From: Azolla caroliniana
Taxonomy: Eukaryota; Plantae; Polypodiophyta
Assembly (NCBI GenBank): GCA_043228905.1
Contig: JBHGNT010000003.1
Coordinates: 20,274,001 to 20,338,000 of the forward strand
Reading direction: 5' to 3'
DNA length: 64,000 bases
The position numbers and the translations under genes were made by a program. The notes beneath the pieces are model-generated. The model had not been told where the DNA came from. It was given only the letters and a program-made list of their open reading frames with translations, and did no database searches. Of this stretch, positions 50,966 through 63,336 are shown one piece after another (the first letter of the stretch is position 1; each line of letters opens with the position of its first letter).

Positions 50966-51417
50966 TCTTAGAGTTATGTTGTAAAGTAAGCATGAGATAA
51001 GGATATAATAGATATTGAATAAGAAAGGAGAGAGAGAAGAAAGAAGGGTGTCAATCTACCCGACCACCCCCGATCGAAGGAATCGAGACGGACTCGAGCC
51101 TCGATCAACGTCCCATACCACCTTCGTGGCGTCGAGTCGTCCCAAATACTCGCTACGAGAGTTGACCCACCACAATGTCAGAGTCTCGACGTAGTCGATA
51201 ATGTGTCAAATGAGGGTAGGTAAGCCTCATATTTATAGCCAGACCTAAGGCCCCCATGCAAGTTCACACTTGGCCTAAATGGACTATCTCAATCCCAATG
51301 ATTAAAAGTAATCCTCCCCTTCTTTACACTCTCGTTTAAACCTCACACTTTATCCACGTGTATAGAATACTATGGTAAATTCTCACCACGGGATATTATA
51401 TGGTCATGCTCGTAACA
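50966..51417. mobile_element. Solo LTR with 5-bp TSD GGATG, same family as 23908-24356
   Basis: Termini TCTTAGAG (TG>TC) and GTAACA; GGATG at 50961-50965 and 51418-51422; colinear similarity to 23908-24356. Confidence 0.87.
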
Positions 51418-51899
51418 GGATGGGAGAGGTCGATTGGTGCGAGACATAGAGGGTATGACATTCGAGATATTACAATGTATAGCTTTCGCATATACGGATG
51501 TCGACCTTGTGGACACCCCAAGTGGTGATGAGATGATAAAGGATTGGGAGATTTCTCACTGGTCCTAACTTGACCCTTATGATTGTTGGGATTCGAGGAT
51601 CCTTGATGACCCAAGTTTCGCAAAGTTAATTGGTATTAAGGTACAAATGGTTACAATGGACAACCTCATGATCGCAAAAGAATTTTAGAGCGAGCGGGAT
51701 CCTTCAAGATGGGGATCTTGCTACCAAATGAAGTGAATTCTATAACTAATCGAATGAGGAAAGAAAGTGGTTGTTGGCCTTATGGCCTAAGCAAGGAGTG
51801 CGAGCGTATAGCCTTCAACGGTTGAATAGTTAGGTTAAATAGTATGGTACCTAAAGAATAGTATAAAAGAGAATAGTAGGGGAGGAGAAGAGAGAGAGA

Positions 51900-53820
51900 G
51901 AGAATTCAAATTTCAATTTATGTAAGAAAAGGTCTTTTGGCAAACATGTTTCACTCTATATGAGCTCATCAGTGCTAAAGACCATATACAAAAATGTGAG
52001 AGGCTTATATAAGGGAAGAGGAAAGAAGAGAGAAGGGGAGTGGTGGGGATGGATGAAAGGGAGAGAGGGGTTTTGAATGTGTATAAAGGAGGATGTAGGA
52101 GTTAGGGAGGTAGTGAATGTAGAAAGGGATAGCCTAATGAGTTTGATGGGAATGGATGATTTGGGGATCTAGTATATTTAGTTCTAATAGATAGATAGAA
52201 ATAATAAGTGTGATGTTTTAATGGGGATTTGGGGATCTAATATATTTAGTTTTGACTAGATAATAATAGAGTGATTTAGACTTGGTCCAACATATAGAAG
52301 GCTTAGGGATGTCTCTTAGTTGGGGATCTAGGCTAAGGTCGGTGTGTAAGTGTTGTAAAAACGAGTGGATGCCTAATTTAGGGGTGTTTTTAGAGTACCT
52401 AAGCTTGAATATGGTAGGTGTAAGGGAAGATTTGTTTTTATGCTTATGGATGAGAGTATTCCTAAGGGAGAAATGATGTTTTTTAAAGACTTTAATGATG
52501 AAATGGGGCGGGTAACCTCGGCTAATGAGTCTAAGGAAGAAACGTTTTTTCATTTCTAGGTACCCTATAGGTGTGCTTTCTCTAACTAGGTAGCGTTCGA
52601 AATAAAATTTTGTTTATCATGTATGGGATGGTCTGAAGAGATGGGAAGATAGTGATAGAAATTTAATGTTTTTTGGAAACAATTGAAAGAGAACTTAGAG
52701 TTCTCTAGATTGATCCAAATATCCAAGAAAGGGAGCCTAGTGGGGAATGTATGGATCGTAAGTTTAATAGAGTTATTGATCATAAGGCTATAGAAACTGA
52801 GGTAGGCTAACATTTGGGGTTTCGTATCTGTCCAAACCCCGAAGGCATCATCTTTGTACCTAGTAAAATAGAAGAGATGGGGTGTGGTTTGTGAGTTTTC
52901 TAAGTGTGATAAGAAAATGCATACATAGACAACTGAGAAGTTGCTACCCATGGTTGTTCCTTTGATTTGTTGGTATACTTGATTATCGAAGGTCATGTAG
53001 TGATACTCTAGGGTTAGAGCGCTAAGGGTATAGATAAGATTAGTCTTTGCTAAGGAAAAATGGGGGGAGATGATATGGCGAAGTGCCTCGAGTCCTAACT
53101 TAGGGGGGATGCTAGGATAAAGAGATTCTACATCAAAAGGGATGATGAAACTATTAGGAGGGGGGGTTAGTTGTTCTAGTTTCTGAATGAGGGAGTGTGA
53201 ATCTTTTAGGTATTGTTTTTGGAGTACTAGGATGGGTAAAAGTTGAAAATATAGCCATTTCGAGGTTTGCTCGAATATCGAGTTATTATAATAACAAATG
53301 GGTCTAAAGCCAATGGGTGTTTTATGGAGTTTTGGGAGAAAGTAAATATTAGATACTTTATATCCCTTTAGGGGTTTATGGGGTATGTAATTAGCTTCAA
53401 TAAAGGTAAGTGTTCCTAGATTTTTTTGCACTATACTATTAAGGCGATACAAGAGTTCTTCTAATGGAAAATGAGTTACTTTTCTATAGGTGGTGGTATC
53501 CGAGAGGTGGTTTATAGCTTTTTCATAATATGTATCTTTGTCTAGAACACATACTCCCATGTTCTTATCAGCCAGAAGAATGATAATTTGCTTGTTATTC
53601 CTAAGGCTCTTAAGGGTTGTGCAAAGGTGAAGTGGTGTCCTAACGGGTTTGGGTTTAGGTTGTTGGAGTTTAGACAAAAGGAGGGTTTCATGTTTTTTAA
53701 TAATATTTTCAAGAGGGGGATATTGAGATGGTGGATTCCAAACAGCGCGCCAGGTAGGGAGGGGGAAGGGTGCATGAGATGGCTGTCCAACACAGTCCCA
53801 TACTCGTTACATACCCATCA
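51900..53820 (-). mobile_element. 5'-truncated, frameshifted Penelope-like retroelement (PLE-type RT plus thumb, no C-terminal endonuclease)
   Basis: PLE RT motifs in ORF 52586-53677: ADKNMG..LDK..Y, YFLPKLHK..FRPI, FDVESLYPSIP, YQQIKGTTMGS, RYKDD, LPFLDI and YLP.SSDHP. After a frameshift it continues RYLVRES..FFLRLISRGYP to a stop at 52218. Confidence 0.88.
51931..51983 (-). ncRNA. Minimal type I hammerhead ribozyme
   Basis: The minus strand reads GGUCUUUAGCA-CUGAUGA-GCUC-AUAUA-GAGU-GAAA-CAU-GUU-UGCCAAAAGACC. This gives both core boxes, stem II, a palindromic helix III (AACAUGUU), a GUH triplet and a closing stem I. Confidence 0.85.
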
Positions 53821-53821
53821 C

Positions 53822-54340
53822 AAAAGTTGCAACTGAGAGTTCAATGTCATGATTATGGATGACAATTTTGTGTCATTCATAAAAGTAGAAAAATTCATCT
53901 AATTGACAAAGGGGCCGATGGATTTATTGTAACATATAGAAATTCATACAATTCTAAGTGATTGTGAATGTCTCTACACTCTCCATAAACTTTGTGGCGA
54001 TAGTATCATTAGAGGAGGTGCCATTGATTGTCGTTCAATTGTTGTGGGTGAATATGATGGATTTATTGCAACATTAAGGGAGGTGCCATTGATAGTGGGG
54101 CGGATGTATTTATTGCAACAATTGATTGTGAATGTCGCAGCACTCTCCATAAACAATGTGGTTGTTATATCATCAAATGAGGTGCAATTGACTCTCGTTG
54201 AGTTGTTGTGGGTGAATCTAATCATGGATACATTGGGAACAATGGTTCTTGCTACTATGCAACCCGCCTATAACCCATTTGACTTGCCCCCTAATCAGAA
54301 GAAAGAGTTCCTTATCTCCAATATCAACATTGCAATTAGT
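53822..54340 (+). pseudogene. P2B-type Ca2+-ATPase (ACA8/9/10-like) gene fragment with a partial internal duplication
   Basis: KVATESS..MDDNF.S..KV (53822-53888) and QQLIVNVAAL..LLWVNLIMDTLG..LAT..P..LISNI (~54110-54325). 53961-54030 repeats part of 54125-54195. Confidence 0.85.
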
Positions 54341-56349
54341 TAATAACTAAGGTAGCTTATCACTTTTTGTGATGAGAGAGAAACTTTTTCCCCAAGATGA
54401 AAGTGTGCATGTATACACTTGTGTAGGACAAAAAAAACTTTGTGTGTGGCTTAATTAAGTGTGCACGTTTTCCCCAAGATCAATGTGTTGATGTATATGT
54501 ATATGTACATATATGTATATGCTCGCGTAGGACATAGGACCTCACGTTCTCGCCATGATTCAATGCATTGCTTTCACCTTCTCCATTGTGTACTTTGTGT
54601 CGAATATGTGCACACAATCTTTCTTTGGTTAATATGTGTGGCATTAAACATGGTAGTAGAGTTATATAACAATCATGCACTTATTATTTGATGATAATTG
54701 TGAAGAGTGAGACTAGAGTTGAGGCAACAACAATTGAACAAGGATTGTGAGTGCTCCACCAATGGTGAACCTCAATCGCTACGCTCATGATTAAACATTC
54801 AAACTTTGAAGATAGATAGTGGATACAACTTTGTTCTTGTTCAAAGCTAGACTACACCAAGTTCCTATATGACAAAACCATTTGATCCCAAATATGTTGT
54901 ATCTTTGTGATAAGCAATAGTAACTTATTGTCCTCCACCATCCACTTAGAAGCGCTATTGAATCTCCAAGTTTTGGATTTTAGTTTCACTCTACAAAATT
55001 TTCTGGCCATTTTCCGCCTTTGTCATGTCATGAATAAATGTTAGTTTGGAATCAATTCTCCTTGTGGCAATTGCACATGAAATGTCTACGTCATGCCATT
55101 TTCATATTTCGAATTCCATTGTGGTTGAAGTAATCGTGACTATTAGGTTCTTCGGATTTGTTGCTCGAACTAACTCAATATTCATTCTAATCATGACCTT
55201 TAGGAGCTCATAGGTTTCCAATAATGGCATGTTTTTTGGTTATTCGCTTCATGGAGTATTCCTCCATATTTCCCCAACAATCACTTTTTCTTTGTTTTGT
55301 GATTGTCTTGATGTGATTAGCAAATGCTAGAGCATTGTTAACATTATTGTATATTTCCTTTGTTTTGTGTATTAGCAAGTGTTAGGTCGAGTTTCCTCAT
55401 CTCAAGTTCAACCCATCATTTAGTCCTCAAATTACACATTGTTGACATTATTTATTGTGTATACGGTTATACCCTTTGTTTTGTGACCCATTGAAGTTGT
55501 TTGTTGCCCATGTTTCATATTGCTTCCCTTATTTTGTGATTCTCTCTTGATGACAACCAAACAAGCAATTGATTTCTTCATCAAATCAAAATAAATAATT
55601 GAAATATAAGCATGTGTAGTTAGATTGATTTCACAATTTCTCTTTGACTAAAATGTTGGACTCATATCCTCCCAAAGACATGCCTTCACATGTTTCCATT
55701 TCAAGCTTGTGTCCATTTATAGTATTGGAGAATGGATGTAGACTATCCACTTACATGTGAATCTTACTTATCCTACAAACATCTAGATGCATGCGCTCTT
55801 GCATTTTAGATGTTTATTGAGAGTTTCTTGCTCATCTAGTATTTCATTGACTTCTCACTTGTGTCCAATGTAAAGTGTTGAAATCCTTCAAAGAGCGCTT
55901 AGATTTTTTGGTAAGTTTTCTTTAGACCCTTGCTATCTCACTCAAGAACAAACCCTTAGCATTTTACTTTTTGGGTCTTGAAATGTCTTTAGCATACTTG
56001 GAATTAGACCAAGAATCGTCCAACTTTCCTGAAAGACCAAACTTTTGCTCATTGGGAGAGCTTTCTACTCCTAAAGCTTGTCATCGCAAAGACAATAAAA
56101 TGCCTTCTAATTTATAGATTCGTTGGGATCAATCTTATATAAAAAACGTTGTTGTGCCTTCTCATCACTCACTTTTTGAATTCCCAACCAATAATTATTT
56201 TTCTTGATTTAGTTACATGAGCTTGGTTGTTATAAAATCTAGACCAAATAAAACACATGTTTTCTTCTATAATGCCATAGCTACTAGAAGACTTGGTAAG
56301 ATTCCCTAAAAAATGAAAATTGGTTCAAATTGTCAATGTTGAAGTAAAA

Positions 56350-59030
56350 AACAATAATATTACCGAGGAATCTCTTTTATATACAAGCACAACATGAGTA
56401 TGATAGTGGTTTCAAACATCTTCACTAAAAAGTCAATACTAGTGGTTTTTTTTTCCAAAAAAAAACTCCTTCCATTGGTTATAAAATTTTACATATGAGA
56501 TTAATATATACAAATCCATGTAGGGACACGATAGGTCCATCTTATGTGGATGCCCACCGACTCAACAAAGGGGGAGGTTGACCATTGCTCGATGAAGGCT
56601 AGTCGTTGTCTTTCAACTCCATCGGAGTTGCCCTTGAGGCCATCATATTGGCTTTTTAGAGTGGCTACAACTTCACTCCATATCTCTTGCATTAACACTA
56701 TTGGTTGCGCAGTTTGGTTGGAGAAGACCCATCTACACCGTTGTTTCCATAGAGTCAAAGAGTTATTGGGTTGACCAATTCCAACACAACTTGAGATTTG
56801 GCATTGATAGGAGTTGAGTGGACATTGTCGATGGTGGAGAAAAAAACCTCTTGTGATTTTATCACCAAAGCCATCCCCTCCTCCTGATGCCCGTATCTGT
56901 CAATTGGGACCTGCCATGATAGCCAACATATATTTCCCCACTTGATTAATCCTTGCACCTGGCATAATTGCAATCAGCGGCCAACCCCTTGCCATATTCG
57001 ATGGGACTCTGGGCAGTTCCACAAAGCATGTCGGATTGATTCTATTGCATTTGGTCACGCTACACAATTAGGAGAGCTCGGGTTCCCACGCTGCCATGCC
57101 AACCGGTAGTGGCCTATGTATTAATAACCATTGGAAAGTGGTGATTCGTCGTGCATGTTGTTGTTTCCAGACTTTTTCCCAAAACTTGGTGATAATTGTG
57201 TGAGGAACATGATATGTGTGTCAGACCTTTGCCGCAACCGGCTCTCGGGCGGTTTGAGTAGCTAGAATATGGTGACCCAATGTAGTTGTGAATTGAAAGA
57301 AGGGGATGGTTTTGCTTCCTTGCCCCACGTAAGGATCATGCCATGTCCATTGCAAAGGGTCTCAACTAACCTTACGTAGCCATGTGTTGTGCCAATCTGG
57401 TTGTACTTTCATAGGATCAGGATCTACAATCCATTTATGCCCAGACTCGAATTGCCTTATTTTGTGTTGGTGTCTCATTGTCTTGCAATTTAGAGCTTGC
57501 GATCCTATCTAGTGTTTCCCTACCCCTTGGGATCAAAGAACCCTCCTCCTCGTAGCCTATCCATTTCTCTATTGTCGTCCTTTGATTAGCAGCTTCCCTA
57601 ATCAGTAGAGCGTTAATGATTTCAAATCTCATAGCCCATCCGCCCCTAATTCCATGGAGTATGTTGGCTTGGTCTTGTATTGACAATGACATAAACCGTC
57701 TCCAACATTCTATACTTTTTCCTGGACCTTCTGCAATGTATCCCCATGACAACCCTTTACTTGATCCAATTAGTTGATTAGATTCATCTCTGATACATGG
57801 GTTCCATAGGATACGTTGACTGAGCCAAGCAGGTTCAAAGTTAGGTTGATTGCACTTGAGCCCTCGTCTAATGTCAAACCACACCTTCCACATGGATGCA
57901 CTGAATCTATCCTCCAATTGGCGGGAGAAACTAGGTCTGAGCTCCATGTTTAGAATCCATCTAGTTTGGGGGTCCCAATTGACCCCTTTTTTTGGCTTTA
58001 AGTAAGGGAAACATAACCGCAACAACATTTTCCAGCAATCATTCCCTAGTTGGAGTCCTCGCACCACAATTTTGGCGAGTAGGGCTTTTGATTGTGAGAG
58101 GGAATCAATAAGACCCAATCCTCCTCTCAACTTAGGTGATGTGAGTATAGGCCACGCCACCTTGGCCCGAGTTGCCTAATCTTCCTTACCAAACCAAATG
58201 TAGTTGTGTACCAATCGTTGAATCCGATGTATACTTTCCTTGGAGATTGTCCAACATGATAGGTTGTACCACGTTGTTGCGAGTAATACCTGATATGCCA
58301 CTATGATGCACCCCGCTAGCGAGAGTTTTTTCAAACTCCAATGTATCAAATTTTGTCAAATGGAGTGAATAACTAGTGCAATCATAGTCTCTGGGGGTAT
58401 GTTGAACCCAATTTGGAAACCCAAATATTTGGTGCTCGCTCCTTGATTGTTCCACTTGAAAGCGGGATGGGGGTGCCACACAGGATGTGCTTCATGAGAA
58501 ATCCGTATTGCATAGGATTTGTGTCAATTGATCATGGCATTGGATCTCTTGCAAAATATGTCTAAACCACTTTCTAGCTTTTGTAGATTTTCCAAGTTCC
58601 CTTGTAGGTAGACTGCAGTATCATCTGCAAATTCTATACCTAGGAGGCTTTGGTGAGAATGCGGCACACGAAGACCACGTAGATTTAGTTGTCGCGAGTC
58701 GAGAAAACTAGAGAGTGCTTCGGCATATAATAGAAATAAGGATGGAGCCAGTGGGCATCCCTGATATTTGGAAGAAGGGGCCCCTTTCACCTGCTAATGA
58801 AACACAACTGTTGGTGTTCCTATAAAGTCATGCAATGCCTTGGATCCATGATTCTTGAAAGCCAAGTTTCCCCATCACACTTTCTAGAAAGTTCTAGCAT
58901 ACCCTATCATATGCTTTCTCAAAATCTAGGAGCACCACAACTACCTTGTTGTTGGTACGCTTGGCAAGGGCTACTGCTTCCCAAAACGAGAAAAGGTTGT
59001 CTAGGATAATACCTTCTCGTGTGTCTTCCC
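56350..59030 (-). mobile_element. Decayed L1-like LINE ORF2 (RT, post-RT region, C-terminal region), 5'-truncated
   Basis: Motifs LLDFEKAYDRV, QGCPLAPSLF, EFADDTAVYL and AWPILTSPKLRGGLGL, with many stops and frameshifts. Confidence 0.9.
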
Positions 59031-60584
59031 CTGTGGCCAAATTATCTTCAGTAAGTAGTTGAAGTCACTACTAGCGTTGAGATACAATGTTTTGATGGTA
59101 CTAAAATTTCTACTTATATAAAGTATTCCTAGTCTAAATATGCTCTCCACCTAGCCTTAATGCATGCCTTCCATTTGGCTTGTTGATACTTGACTTGCCA
59201 ATAGCATGTATATTTACCAAATTACCACTAGGCTATCATGAAAAACGTGACATGTGGAAAGTTATAATAACTATTATGAATACAATTATAAGATGTTGAT
59301 TAGAATAATATAAGGTGTGTATTGGGGAGGTGATTAACTTAAGTTCCTTACATGATATACTCTATTTTGCATGGGCATGATTGTTGATGATATTCATACA
59401 CTAGGACATCGATCAGAAAAAAGGAACAATAGAATAGAGAAACTTGTTGTAGTATGAATTTGTGCAACATATGCAATGAAAAACGACCGAAGGATAAATA
59501 TCACTTACTTCTTGCATCCTCATCATATAAGGTAATTTGTGAGAAGTACGATGAATTATTAGATGACATTATAATTTTGAAGTGTTAGAGTCAAATCACC
59601 ACCAAGAAGGGACATTGTAAGAGTGTTTATTAATGTTGAGAAAATTAAAAGAGAAAATAATGGAGAAAGCGTACTACACCCGATCACCCCCTAGCAGATA
59701 TCTAGTTCCCTCTTCAGCATCCTATACCACCAAGTTCAGACATGGATTGTAGTATTGTACCTTGGATTGGAAGAAGGAGGGGGAACACATGTATGACTCG
59801 AGAGCTTTGTGACATTTATAGAGTCTCTATGTAATATAATGACCCCCTTCATAAAGATAGTTAGCCTTCTTTTGTAGGCCCAAACCCTAGGCCTTACTGC
59901 TTTATTAGAAGTAGTCAAGTGATGAATTAACCCACACCTACTAACCTTAATGTCAGAGAATTATGGTTCATATGATTATGCTTGTAATAATGATCACATA
60001 TATCCATGCATTATTTTTACATAGAGAGGGTTTTACTATAGAGTTGCAATCCCCTTATTAGAGAATCACTACAAGATGATCTTCTTATTTAGTTCCATAG
60101 TTCCAATTTGACCTCCTTATGGACAATTTCTTTTTTAATTTTGTATGATATCTCCCTATCTCTCTCTCCATTGTTAGACATACCCAACATATGATCTCCC
60201 TCACTCCCTATACATCCAGTATGATACAACAAAACTTCTTAAAGTCTACATTAGGTTGACATAGGATGCTCCCACTTAGGTTGACCTTTAACTTTCTTTC
60301 AATAAGTCTTGCTCTAAACTAGCACAATTTCAACTTCATTTTGTTGTTAGATCTCTCGGTGATGCGGCAATATGGAAACCCCCTACCACTCATTAGTGTG
60401 TAATCATCCTCTTTAGTGCCAACATCTTTGACTATTTCCATAGCCAAACCTTGATTTGTCTTCAACATGCCATTGTATAAGTGCATGCACAAATCCTCAT
60501 GCATCCTTTCTTTTTCTCATTCATTGTGCTTATGCGAAGATAAGAAGGGAGACAAAGAGAGAGAGTAGTAAGAAACAAAACAAT

Positions 60585-62200
60585 AATCATATAATTGATA
60601 AATATGTTATGCTTAATGGTGGAGTCATATTGTCAATTAATATTTATGAATCTATTTTGCAAGGATGCCCTTTGAGTCCTTTAATATTTGCTATATTATA
60701 CATTCTCCTTTAATACATTTTAATCAATTGTTGTAGGATGGAGTATCAGCAAGACTTGCTTTACCACTAAAAATCATTGTGTTGGTCAAACATTAACAAT
60801 GATCACATTATGTTCTTATGGACAAATTCAAATAATATTGGGAAAGCTATGGAAGTGTGGGATACATTTACTAATTTACTTTAGGGCTAAAATTAAATAT
60901 GAGGAAGTCAATCATTATATCATGTATAAATAATAAATTAGAGGAGTTTAGATGGTTAGAGGCAATTGTAGTAGAGGTATGATTTGTCGTCATCTTGGTT
61001 ATTTAATAATGATTAACGTGACTAACGGGAAACTTCTAAATTGGATTTGTTCCAAGATTGAAGATAAGCTCATGTATTGGAAGTCACAAATTTGGCCTTT
61101 TCATGCTAGATTGAAAGCAGTTCAATCGATAATGACTTTGATGGTTTCTTATTATTTATCTTTGTTGCCATGGTAAAGAATGCTACATATAAGATCACCA
61201 CAATGATATGATGTGTGTTTTTGAAAATGAAGGATAAGTGGGAATTCCTAAGTTAGCATGGGACTCCAAATCAACTTAGTGGAATTTGCATGCTCATATG
61301 GTTCCATTCTTTCTCGATAAGTATGTTTGGAGAGGATCATCCATGAACAATAACAACAAATTTCTCTAAATGTACAATATCTAAAAGTATTGACCATTTG
61401 GTGGTTTTTTGGCAAAGCTCTTTGGAGTTTGGTTGATGAAATCTTCCTTAACAAAAAAAGAGTGTTTCAATTATTCAAAGAGAGAGGCATTAGCAACATC
61501 AAGATGGTTGGTGTGGAAGGCTAAGACTCCTTTGAGTTTGAAGTTAAACCATATGGCTATTTTAGATATAGTTATAGTGCAAGATGCCCAAATCCAAGCT
61601 TGGTGGAATCTTCACTTGAAAACCATTGGACATTTGAAGGAGTCTGTCAAAACAACATATATATTGGAAGATGATTGGTGGTTTACTTGTTGGAAATGCT
61701 TTGAGAAGGAGAATTTTTGTTGTTAGGATTTGTTTCTCTTGTACATTTGTGGTAGAACATATTTGGAATTGATTTATGTTGTGTCTAATGACAACATATT
61801 TTTGAAAGTTTATAAACGAAGTTGGTTTTCTTTGACTAGTGTTTCTAAGAGATATTTCCAATGGATCTCTATGGAAGTGTAGGAGTATTACCACTTCAAT
61901 TTGAGTTTGAGTTTGATTATTTAAAATTTTGGGTTATGAGATAACGACTGGAATGAGTTTAAGTTTGGTGGACAATTTAGAATCTGTTAGCACATTTGAA
62001 GATTGAAAGGATGGTTATTTTGGCAGTTTTATTTGTTAGAAAAGTCAAGTATATTGAATGAAGAGGAATTGTGATTGCGTAACTTGGTTGGGCACCATAT
62101 TTGTCATTTCTATTAACCCCTTGATAACAATGTTGGTAGGTATGATGAACTTTGGGGGTCATAATTTATGGTTCTCTATTTGTGTGGTAGTTTATTTCCA
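60585..62200 (+). mobile_element. Highly decayed LINE RT remnant
   Basis: LQGCPLSPLIF, CRHLGY and KIEDKLMYWKSQ..ARL. Confidence 0.7.
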
Positions 62201-63292
62201 TATTTAATACTTCTTTGAAAAAGAAAAAATTGTGACATTTGGTTTAGGCTTATTGTTACATAAATAAAATATTAAAACTATTGTTTTGTACGTGTAGTAA
62301 ATCATCTAGCAAACAATTTCCAAAAACGATTGTAAAGTTGGTAAATTCTATATTTGTGTGTGTATCGAGAGAGGACTTGTGCGAGGTATAGAAGCCTCAA
62401 AGAGAGAGAAAGGTAGGCAAATGTTACTAGGGAAGGTGCTTAGGAGTCTTAAGTGTTATCATTCTCGTAATCTTTTGCACGCTGCATGTTCTCTAATGAT
62501 AAAATAATTTGATGTGCTTTTTTATCCAAATGTGATGAATAAGAACTAATTGAAGGAACTACTTACAATGGGAAACACTACAAGAAATTTAGTATGAAGA
62601 CAAACTAATGAAATTTCTTCAAACTTATTATTATTATTTTGGTTAATCTATGTTCGTTATTCAAAAAAAATGATTATCTCAACTACTTCATTAGTAGTGA
62701 TAGGGCAAGGTAAACCCTTTCAAATGTCATAATACTAAATGATATAAACTTACCTCTCCTCGGGACAAATATTCCTATACATTCTAATACATATTTACGA
62801 AAATTGCCAAATCAATTTCCCTTTCGGCCTACCGAGTTGTTGTGATACCCCACGAAGTCCATCAAACGAGAACCCATTTCTCATGCTCCAGTTATACCAC
62901 ATCCCCTACGCCTAAGGTAGTGAAACACCACTTGATAGCATGGGGTGGTAGAATTGTCACACCATTATTGAGATCCTGTTAAAAAGGTGACAAATAACTC
63001 CATGTTAATGATGCCAATTTTGTGATTTAGCAATCCAAATGGCTTTAGAAATTGGGGATGTAATGAACTTACGTCTATCATCTTCCTTAACCAATGTACA
63101 CAAAAAAACATTTTCCATTTGAAATATGTCTTCGTTTTAAAGCTATCACCAAAGGCAACCCATTGACTATCACAAGTCAAAGAAACACCTTTGCATGAAA
63201 TGGAGAGATGAGAATGCCATCATGGATGTAAAACTCAACAACACCCTAGCATCTATTTCTCTCTCTGTCTCTCTGTCTCTATCTCTATATAT

Positions 63293-63294
<2 letters not shown>

Positions 63295-63334
<40 letters not shown>
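63295..63334. repeat. (CA)n microsatellite
   Basis: Read directly. Confidence 0.97.
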
Positions 63335-63336
<2 letters not shown>

